Of a DNA stretch of 64,000 nt, positions 1-8,623 are shown in pieces (the first letter of the stretch is position 1; each line of letters begins with the position of its first letter). The notes beneath the pieces were generated by a model. That model had not been told where the DNA came from. It searched no databases and saw only the letters and a program-made list of their open reading frames with translations. Position numbers and translations under genes: made by a program. The stretch is taken from contig NC_067400.1 in NCBI RefSeq assembly GCF_016432865.1, positions 617,086,001 to 617,150,000 of the forward strand. The letters are read 5' to 3'. This DNA is from Antechinus flavipes (taxonomy: Eukaryota).

Positions 1-108
1 CTTGCCCAGGGTCACACAGCCAGGAAGTGTTAAGTGTGGGTCAGATTTGAACTCAGGTCCTCCTGACTTCAGGGCTGGTGCTCTGTCTACTGCCTCACCT
101 AGCTGCCC
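1..108 (-). mobile_element. tRNA-derived marsupial SINE (WSINE1-like), 5' part
   Basis: Reverse complement reads GGGGCAGCTAGGTG...GGAGGACCTGAGTTCAAATCTG...TGTGTGACCCTGGGCAAG, the same head as the copies at 31734 and 41668. Confidence 0.8.
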
Positions 109-820
109 CTGGTCCAATCATTTAGAAAAACAATCTGGAACTATGCCCCAGAAACTATAAAACTACATAGCCTTTGAGCCGGCAGTATCACTATTGGCTC
201 TGTAACCCAGAGACATCAAAGGAACAAAAGGACATATAGGTACAAAAATATTTATGGCAGCTCCTTTTGTGGTGGCAAAAACAAATTGGAAATTGAAGGG
301 AAGTCCATCAATTGGTAAATGGCTAAACAAGCCGTAGCATATAATCATATATATACCATGTATCATATAGTATACATATATCATATATATAATCACGTAA
401 TGGCTAACTACTATATATATATCATGTATCATATATTTTACATATATTATATATATAATCACATAATGGCTAACTACTATATATATATCATGTATCACAT
501 ATTTTACATATATCATATATATAATCACGTAATGGCTAACTACTATATATATATCCTGTATTATATATTTTACATATATCACATATATAATCACGTAATG
601 GTTAATTACTGTTCCCTAAGATGTATTTAGAAAGATGTTCCAGAAAAACATTAGAAGACCCACAAGAACTGATGCAAACTGAAGTGAGGAAAAACTAGGA
701 GATCGTTGTGCAGTGACAGCAGTATTGGAAGGATGATGGGCTGGGAAAGACTTGGCTACTCGGATCAATTCGATGATCCAAGACGATTCCAGAGGACTCA
801 GGATGAAAAAAGTGCTACCC
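109..820 (+). mobile_element. Degenerate L1 ORF2 C-terminus/3' region, interrupted by an AT-rich tandem repeat
   Basis: Translates in pieces to KIFMAAPFVVAKTNWKL...SIGKWLNK (L1 ORF2 C-terminal motif). 616-810 resembles the L1 3' regions at 38940 and 41880. Confidence 0.7.
341..612. repeat. AT-rich tandem repeat, 66-bp period, about 4 copies
   Basis: AATCACGTAATGG(C/T)TAA core recurs at 391, 457 (variant), 523 and 589. Confidence 0.9.
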
Positions 821-1199
821 CTTCCTTTAACCAGCCTTCTTTCTGACCTCAGTACCACTATCCAACCATTCTCCTCTGACTGGAGCTTTAGGATTATCTT
901 TGTTCCTGACCTTTCCCCTCTGCTAGTATCCAGTGTTGGTCTTGGGGTGTCCATATTCCCGGCATCTCGTGTGCCCCTTTTTAGTCCTTTCTTTCTTTCT
1001 GTCCTTCGAACCTCATTGAGGATCATTTTGCTTATATGTAGACAGGTCTACATCAATCCTCTGCTCAAAAAACTTCTAACAGCTCCTTCTTACCTAGCAA
1101 GTAAACTGTAAAACACCCTCTGTGCCCAAGCAGAATGCATGGCTCTTGTACGCGTCACACTTTCACGTGCTGGAAGATAGTGTGTCCCACTCCCCAGTC

Positions 1200-1560
1200 T
1201 AGGAAGCACCCCTAGTTCCTCCACCTAATTCACACACTTCCGGAATATCTCGCTCTCCTTCTGTCCCTGGCCTTAACCTCCTGGACTTCAAAGTCTCTTC
1301 TCTTCTTGCTGCCAGCCCCGGGGGCTCCTCACCCTGGAGCATCCTTCCAACCGTCTGGCCCCCTCTCCAGGGAGTATTCCTCTGCAAGAGTGGTCACCCT
1401 TCTCTCATTGGCTGCTTCTAGCTCGAGTCTCCATTTTATGGAGATCCCTAGACCCTTTATGCCCCTCCTGGCCTTGATCAGATCTTTCTGGATTTCAAAA
1501 TAACCACTCTCCCTGGCCCCAAACCTAGCTCAAGCAAAAACTGATTGACTTCTATCCTAT
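1200..1560 (+). mobile_element. Probable old L2 fragment
   Basis: Loose resemblance to the L2 3' region; boundaries approximate. Confidence 0.35.
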
Positions 1561-1984
1561 CCCCAGAGCCGAGCACGGAGCCCAGCGAGACATTAATAAT
1601 TTCTAATAATCACCGGAGTCCTTCCTCATGTGGCCAGCATTATCAGTGTTGAAAGAGAAAAGATCTCAGCTTCCACTGCCATCTCCCAGGAAGTGAATAC
1701 TGAACTTACAAGGACAGTGAGTGAATGGGGTAAAGGTCACAGCTCTCAGAAAGGAATCATGGGGATCATTAGTCCTCTCTCATTTTATAGCCAGTAGAAG
1801 GATAAGTGAGAGAGCTGGTTGCTCAAGGACTTTGCAGGAACTGGAGGCAGAGTGGGCCCTCCCATGTCTCTGGGCTCCATATCTGACACCACTCAGTCCA
1901 TCTCAATGCCTGACCCTCTTTCTTGTTCCCGGTTCCTTACAAGTGTACCAGGTCTGGGCTCGTTCAGATGGGGGACCCATTTAC

Positions 1985-4900
1985 CTTGGTGGCCGAGTAT
2001 AAAGCAAAGAATGGAATAGGTTGTTTGCCAGCCTCGGAGGATATGTTAATGATCACTCCCCGGCCCCTGCGGAGTTAGAGAAGAGGATTGTGGGTGATTC
2101 AAGGGCAAAGCAATGGGAGGGAATGGAGGCTTGGATCCTCTATCTGTATGGATGGCAAGGTGGGCCCTAGAGCCGGGGAGAAGGGGATGGCTGAGGCCCT
2201 ACCTGGCGGCCATCTGCGGTAGGATGATCCGGGTCATCTGGGAAGGAAGAGAGGAACCGAGCCACCCTTAGTCCATTTCCAGAAAGCATGTGTCCCCGGA
2301 ACCCTCCTCATCTTTCCTCCCCCCCACTCCCATCCCCTGCTAAGGATGCTCCCTGTCTCTTTTCTGCCCCAGTCTCACCTGGACCATTGACAGCATGTTA
2401 CAGTTCATCGTGTCTGAGAAATTCTGGGAAGACAGAAGACAGCTTATTTTCCGGCCTCAGTGGCTCTCACTTCCCCGGGGAGCAGCCTGGCTATGGATTC
2501 CGGCTTGGATTTTGCCGAGATGTAAAGTTCTTTCTCATCTTTCAAGGCCCCCTCTCCACACCCCCCCAATCTCCCTTATGAAATTTTCTCCAAGCACTCA
2601 AAAAATCCCCTCCCCCTAATCTTGGCCCAAAGCCCAAAGAAAACAAACCCATATTTCAAAATTAATTGATAGTAAAGTGAACCCAATCTGTCAGGATTTG
2701 GAAGGCCCCGTTTTGGCCACATTAATTAGCATCCTGGCCACAGAAGCAAAAGCAGATCAGTGTCCGCCCTGATTTTAGCTCACAAAGTACTTTCAGGTTT
2801 TGGTAGAAGGGTTGGAAGAGTGGAAGATGGGAAATGGGCAAGGGGCAGATAAAGAGGGCAAGAAGAAGGGAAAAGAAGAGAAATGGAAAGAGGGAGTGAA
2901 TGGAGGGGGGCTTCCTCTACCTTGCCTGCATTCTCCACATCCAGTATCTTCTGTAGCTTGTTTTGGGTAAGCACAGCAACATTGTTAACTGAAAAAAACA
3001 AACAAACAAACAAACAAACAAAAAACCAGGACGGTATCAGAGCTAGGGGATGGGGAGCGATTCCGGGGTCCCGCTGAGTAAGGGGAGAGGGAATGGGTGG
3101 GTACCTAGAATGCCGATGTCTAGACCCTCCAGGGCTTTCTCAATGGCCTCATAGATCTCCAAGCCTCCAGTGAAGTCCACCTGGATGATTCTTGTTTCCT
3201 TCCCATAGTGTCTCTCTGTAGGAACACTCAGAGAATTCAGAAGTGGAAGCTTAGTCTCCCATTCCTTATGTTATCCACAAGGAAGTGAAGAGGGGACCTG
3301 GGGATCCTGAAAATCCTTGAAGGAGAAAATCTCCTTCAACTCTGCCTCAATAAGGGACCCTGCCCCAAGTCCTTTTCCCCTTAAATGAATCTAAGTTTTG
3401 ATTGCTTGAGGGGGAAATGAAGAGGGGACCCCCAAACTCTGAAAATCCTTAAAGGAGAAAATCTCCTTCAATTCTGCCTCAGTGAAGGACCCTGCCCCAA
3501 GGACAAACAGCTTCATCTTGTTATCTGGGTGGGGTTGGCTCAGTCTTGAAACCCACTGAATTCAATTCAAATTCCAGCTGGAAGCTGGAACGTGAGACTC
3601 CACCCACGAGCCCCTTCAGCTTGTAGCCAAAGCCCCCTATTAGAAAAGGGACAAACTAAAACCCTCTCTTGGCAGAGCTTCCAAACATGCCAGCCATACC
3701 ATGTTTGGCACACCAAGGAGCTTCTGCCCACCGGAATGCTCTTTTCCAGTGCCCTCTTCTCTTTGCCCTCACCTATTTCCTTAACTAGACTTTAACCTTA
3801 ATTCTAATCCCCATAATAAACCTCTTTTATCAATCTAGGTTTTCGGGCCTGTAAATTCCTTTACGGAGAACCTATGCTTGCGCCGAATCCCAAGGGGTTA
3901 CAGGGGAGACAAACCCTTCCATTTGATTCCCTGAACCCCGAACCTGCCACTTGACCTCATTTAACTCCCTGACCACCAGAAACCCTAATTTCATTTGGGT
4001 TCCCCAAATCTAAACCTCATCAGAAGGACCCAAAGAAAACATGGGACTGAATGGGTCAGGATCACCCCCAGCTCTTATAAAGCCCTGGGGCCTTTTGGAA
4101 CCTTGACCAGCCTTCACTTGGGAAGCACGCCCCCCACCTCCCCTCCTCACCAATGTCCTCTGCCTCCCGACGTAGCTTGCTCAGGTCTCGGCTGACCAGT
4201 ACAACATTGAGCCCTCTTCGTGCCAGCTGTAAGGAGTCGGGAGAATGAGGAGCTTGAGAGCATGGACCCACAGAACCTCCCAGAGCTCCAGAGGACCCAT
4301 CCAGCTAAGCGGGTGTCCGTGGAACAGAGGGATGTGGGGGAAATAAAACCCCGAGGACAAATACAGGAATACATATCTACCTACCATCCATCCATCATCT
4401 CATTTACCCACCCACCCACCCCTCTGTCCTATAGGTCTATCCTTCATCTGTCCATGTTAGTCTAGCGAAAATGTATCACACATGCACCCGCACATTGCAT
4501 TTGTATAGAATTTCTAGAGCTCCCTGAGCCAACCATGGCCCGAGGCTCTAGGAAATGACCAGAGCACACAGAGGGGAGCACACCAGGTGCTTAAAGACAG
4601 ACTCCGATGGGCCTGGGATCCCCCCTTACCTCGTGAGCGTAGCTCCTGCCGATTCCACTCGTAGCCCCGGTTACCACTGTGGGAAGACAAGAGGCTGGGA
4701 AGGGGGGTCTCTGGGTCCCTGAGGAGGAACCCTCTGGAGGACCCCCCAAATGGGAAATCCCAGGAAGGGGCAGGGAGAGAACCTTCGTTCTCTGCCTCCT
4801 CCCTTTCAGGCCAACCTCACGGCTCAGGAGCCAGAAGGGACTTAGAATTGTTTGTACCGTGGGACTCAACCAGAAAAGGGGCCCGCAGACGTAGGGCCGC

Positions 4901-5459
4901 GGGTGAGCGCCCACATTTGCCATGCACAGATCAGCTGATGTCAGGTAAAGCTTCTGAGGATGCTGGGAATCATTTGGTCCAACTCCATTCCCCAAAACAA
5001 AAACAAATTGCCAAAGCCAGCCTTGAGGCCCAGAAAGATTCTATGGCTTCCTTAGGGTTAGCCACTTCCCCCAGGGATCCAGTTCAAGGCCAGCCCTAGG
5101 GCAACCCGATGCTCATTTAAAAGTGAGAAAAGTGGAGGGGGGGAAGGGAGGGGCCTCCATAGTGATCAGAAACCAGACTGGATTTTGAATCTGGGCTCTG
5201 GAGTCCCCCAGACTTTCCTAAGGCACTGGACCTTGAGACCCCAGAGCCCTTGTCCCTCCCCCCCCTCCCCGTCCCCCCACACACCTGCCCAGGGCCCTTG
5301 TTTCCTAAGAGAGATCCCAAAGCCCAGGCCAGCTCTGGGCAGCCCGAAGAGGATCAGGGCCCGGCCCAGCCAGCAGACGGCTCGCAGAAGCCACCAGGCT
5401 GCGGCCACGGTGCCCAGCAGCTGCAGGGTCCAGCTGCTTCCTTCCAGCCATGGAGCCAT
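1985..5459 (-). CDS. HSD17B3/HSD17B12-family short-chain dehydrogenase (hsd20b2-like), exons 1-8; the 3' exons presumably lie left of the window
   Basis: join on minus: 5459-5285, 4676-4630, 4226-4151, 3215-3105, 2988-2921, 2423-2379, 2237-2203, 2066-1985 (175/47/76/111/68/45/35/82 nt = 213 codons, all GT-AG, in frame). Motifs: N-terminal hydrophobic anchor, TGATSGIG (Rossmann), VNNV, NCN, NISSEAG, catalytic YSATK. The 47/76/35/82 exon sizes match the HSD17B3/B12 family structure. Confidence 0.9.
3244..4022 (+). mobile_element. Solo LTR (ERV1-like) in intron 3 of the SDR gene
   Basis: TG...CA termini, 4-bp TSD GAAG (3240-3243 / 4023-4026), AATAAA at 3815-3820, internal 132-bp-period duplication (about 3282-3369 / 3414-3500). 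Confidence 0.75.
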
Positions 5460-5542
5460 CCTGGATGGACAGCCCGGAATTTCAGCAGGACAGGTTTGGT
5501 GTGGGGCAGGCTCAGCTCTGCAGCTGCCGAGGGTGAGGGATG

Positions 5543-5550
5543 AAAGGTCA
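5543..5550 (+). promoter_or_regulatory. NBRE-type nuclear receptor monomer site (AAAGGTCA) upstream of the SDR ATG
   Basis: Exact AAAGGTCA 84-91 nt upstream of the ATG at 5459; function not shown. Confidence 0.35.
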
Positions 5551-5830
5551 TAGGAACACCCAGGTCCTAAGGTCTTTCTGGGTAGGGAGGGGCATCCTGG
5601 CATGGCAGGCGCTTGGAAAATGGGAGTGGAGAAGGTCGAGCCCCGAGGTGTAGGACGACTGGCCTGTGCTATAGCGACCAGCTGGGGGTGGCCAGCAGGA
5701 AGGATGCTCACGGGCAGCGATGCTTAGGACTCTGGCCTGTGGAGTGGGGGGGGGGGGGAAGAGGGGGAGGGGAAAGTGGGGCAATACCCCGTCCCTCCCG
5801 AGGACACTCAGACATCTTTTGCAAACACAC

Positions 5831-5836
5831 TTTATT
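5831..5836 (-). terminator. BLOC1S3 polyadenylation signal AATAAA
   Basis: TTTATT on plus, about 140 nt after the BLOC1S3 stop codon. Confidence 0.7.
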
Positions 5837-5973
5837 GAAAGTATGGAGGATGAGACCGCCCCTCGGCCACACTTCCCGCTCCTCAAGCCAGTGAGGGGCC
5901 CATACCAGCCACCAGGGGGAGCCCAGCCGGGAAGGGGGGGAGGGAGGGAATGGGTGAGGGGGCTGCGGCTCCG

Positions 5974-6564
5974 CTAAGCCTGGGGGCTGGGACCCGGCTC
6001 GGCCGGAGCTCGGATGTCGGGCAGCAGGCGGCAGCTGGCCACAATGTCCAGGCGCTCGGCCAAGGCACACAGGTCGCTCCGGGCCAGGCGGATGCTGTGG
6101 GCCGCTGCCAAGCCCACGGCCTGCGCTGCAGCCAACCGGGCTGCCAAGCCGGCCACATCGAGGCCGGCTCGCCGGTAGACCCCGCGTACGGCGGCGCTCA
6201 CATCGTGGCCCAGGCGAGCCTGGCTCTCCGCCAGCCGGTGCTGCAGCAGCGAAGCCCGGGCCGAGCCGTGGAACAAGGGGGCCGCGGGAGCCTCCTCTTC
6301 CGCCCACTCTGGTTCCCGAACCACCACAAGCGGAGGCAGATCGCCCTGAGCCACCAGGGTCGCCGGCTCCTCCTCGGAGTCAGTCTCGGGCGCCTCCCCG
6401 GCCACGCGCAGCCCCGTGGGGCGGCCCCGGCACAGCGGGGCCGAGCCCAGGTACAGCTCCTCTTCCTCTGACGACGACGCCGCCGAGTCGGTCTCCAGCG
6501 CCTCCCCGGCCACCACCGTCTCCGGTCGCCGACCTCGCAACCTTCGGCCAGCCTGCGAAGCCAT
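5974..6564 (-). CDS. BLOC1S3: Biogenesis of lysosome-related organelles complex 1 subunit 3 (196 aa, single coding exon)
   Basis: MASQAGRR..RPETVVAGEALETDS..SSSEEEELYLG..LAESQARLGHDV..LCALAERLDIVASCRLLPDIR matches the known protein. Splice acceptor at 6584/6583 just upstream of the ATG. Confidence 0.97.
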   Translation of the reverse strand: MASQAGRRLRGRRPETVVAGEALETDSAASSSEEEELYLGSAPLCRGRPTGLRVAGEAPETDSEEEPATLVAQGDLPPLVVVREPEWAEEEAPAAPLFHGSARASLLQHRLAESQARLGHDVSAAVRGVYRRAGLDVAGLAARLAAAQAVGLAAAHSIRLARSDLCALAERLDIVASCRLLPDIRAPAEPGPSPQA

Positions 6565-7259
6565 GGCTTCTGCGGCCCGGGAGCTGTGGGGGAGAGAGCG
6601 CTTTACTCCGGAGACCAAGACCCGGGCAATGGTGGGAGGAGGAAGCGAGAAGGGAAGCAGATAGGGCAGAGACCCCGCTCGGGAAGAGACGGGGGTGGAC
6701 TGGGGGGAGGGCATAGGATGGTCTCTAGCAGGGAGAGCTGGAAGTCACCAGCAAGGACAAGGCTCAAGTTGTAAAAAGTGGAAGGAGGGTCCTGAAGCGG
6801 GGAGAGGATCCCTCGTGGGAAGCCGCCATCAAATCCAGCAACCACAAGGGGGAAAAGAGAGGGAGGGGTACGAAAAGGGAGTTAAAACTTTGTAGAGGCT
6901 TAGGAGTTGGGTGGTGATGGTGGTCAGGTAACTCGGAAAACTAACCAGGAGGGGGACTGCAAGGTGGGGAGGGAAAGGACTGCATCATTCCTACAGGAGG
7001 GAGTTTCATAAGAGGGCTTCTAACGGAAAGAGATTGCTGTGTGCCAGTGGAAGAGAGGGCTAGGAGGAAAAACTGGGGGGGGGGGAGGTAAACAGTAGAA
7101 AAAGAAAGCATCATGGGAAGGGAGAGGGAAATTAAAGGTGGGGGTGACTATAGGGTAAGGATGTCAGAGGGAAGAGAAGAATCAAGGAATGCTGGCTAAA
7201 AAGAGAAGCAGGGAAAGGGGAACATCATAAGGGAGGGGGGAAATAAAGGAGATGAGTAG

Positions 7260-8030
7260 TTACGGGGAGAATCAGGGAGGGGGCGTCAGAGCAAAAGGAG
7301 AATCATTGAGGGGGCGTCTCAGCAGAGGGAAAATCAGGGAGGGGGATTACCAAGGAAGGGGTGTCTTAGCAAGGGGAGAAATGGAAGAGAGTCAGGAAAG
7401 GGAAAACCGGGAGGGGGCGTCAGTGCTGGGAAGAAAATCAGGGGAGGAGAAAATCGGGTAGGGGGCGTCACTGGAGAAGGGGGAAGCATGTCAGCAAGGA
7501 GCGAATAAGGAAGGGGGAGTCACAGGGAGTCACAGCTGGCCGAAATAAGTGAAGAAGTTAATCAGGAAAGGGAAAACCGGGAGGGGGCTTCACAGCTGGG
7601 GGGGAAATCAAGGACGGGCATCATGAAGGAGGGGCCGTGACAGTAAAGGGAGAATCAGGGAGGGGGCATCTCAACAGGGGTAAAACCTGGGAGGGAGAGA
7701 ATCGGGGATGAGGAAAATCGGGAAGGGGGGGTCATGAGGGAGGGATCGTCTCAGCAAGGGGAGAATCAGGAAGGAGTCACAGCTGGGAGAAATAGGAGAG
7801 AATCGGGGAAAGGGGAAATCCGGGGAGGGGGCGTCACAGATAGGGGAAAATCATGGAGGGGCATCACGGTGGAGGGGGCGTCACAGCAGAGGGAAAACCG
7901 GGGACCGGGCGTCATTGGGGAGGGGAAGAATGAGAGATGGGGAAAATCGGGGGAAGGGAAGAACTGGGATGTCACAGCAGGGGAAGAATCCAGAGGTGGG
8001 GATGGAGAAGCGGCAGTCTGGGGGGAGAAC
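7260..8030. repeat. Degenerate purine-rich minisatellite (about 30-bp unit GGGAAAATC..GGGGGCGTCACAGCA) in BLOC1S3 intron 1
   Basis: Repeated GGGAAAA(T/C)C and GG(C/A)GTCA(C/G) motifs throughout. Confidence 0.7.
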
Positions 8031-8099
8031 GCGCTCTTTCTCCCTCCCACCCCCGAGGAGCCCTAAAGACGGGCAAGGAGGACGCGCTAACGGCGGGGT

Positions 8100-8620
8100 C
8101 GCGGGAAGAATCCCGTCGACCCCCCGAGAGGCAGGTACCAGGCGGCAGGAGCTCCGAGCCAGCGCTCTCCTCTCTCGCAGACGTCCGGGATTGGGAAGGT
8201 AAGGACGGTCACGTGGGCGCAGGTGGGGCTCGGTCTTTTCGGGCTCCGCCAATGAGCAAGGCCGGAGCGGCCGGGGCTCAGTCACATGCCGGCCGCTTCA
8301 GCCAATGACAACGAAGGGTCGGTGGAGAATTGACCAATGGGGCTACAACGAAGAGCAGGCTCGTCTAGGACACGTGACCACGAGCGGTTGTGGAGCCGCG
8401 GCAGAGCCGCTCGGCCTATGAGCATTGAGGGGAAGAAGAAGCCGCGATTCACTTGGAAATAACCGTGAGCCAATAGAAGTATTGGAAAGGCTCTGGACCT
8501 ATAGCAAAAGAGGCTAGCGTCACGTGGATCGATGTTGAGCCAATGGCTGCGGCGCAGGTGGGCGGGGCCCGAGGAACGGGCGTGGGAAGTACTCAGTGAC
8601 AGCTGAGGGCGGAAATGCCG
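8100..8620. promoter_or_regulatory. Bidirectional CpG-island promoter of BLOC1S3 / TRAPPC6A
   Basis: Head-to-head genes. CCAAT at 8249, 8302, 8334, 8470, 8540 and ATTGG at 8481. E-boxes GTCACGTG 8208-8215, CACGTGAC 8371-8378, GTCACGTG 8519-8526. Possible BLOC1S3 exon-1 donor at 8139/8138. Confidence 0.8.
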
Positions 8621-8623
8621 GCC

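Noticed and set aside
163-630. ORFs 163-594 (-) and 319-630 (+)
   Set aside because: They are translations of the 66-bp AT-rich tandem repeat.
1-1984. Search for SDR exons 9-11
   Set aside because: No segment resembling the xFVxxFSxxL..EY..GI.VQ exon with splice sites was found. The region is mostly repeats, so these exons are assumed to lie left of the window.
5460-5711. 84-codon N-terminal extension of the SDR exon-1 ORF
   Set aside because: It starts at a non-ATG codon and has no family similarity. The ATG at 5459 gives the expected membrane-anchor length.
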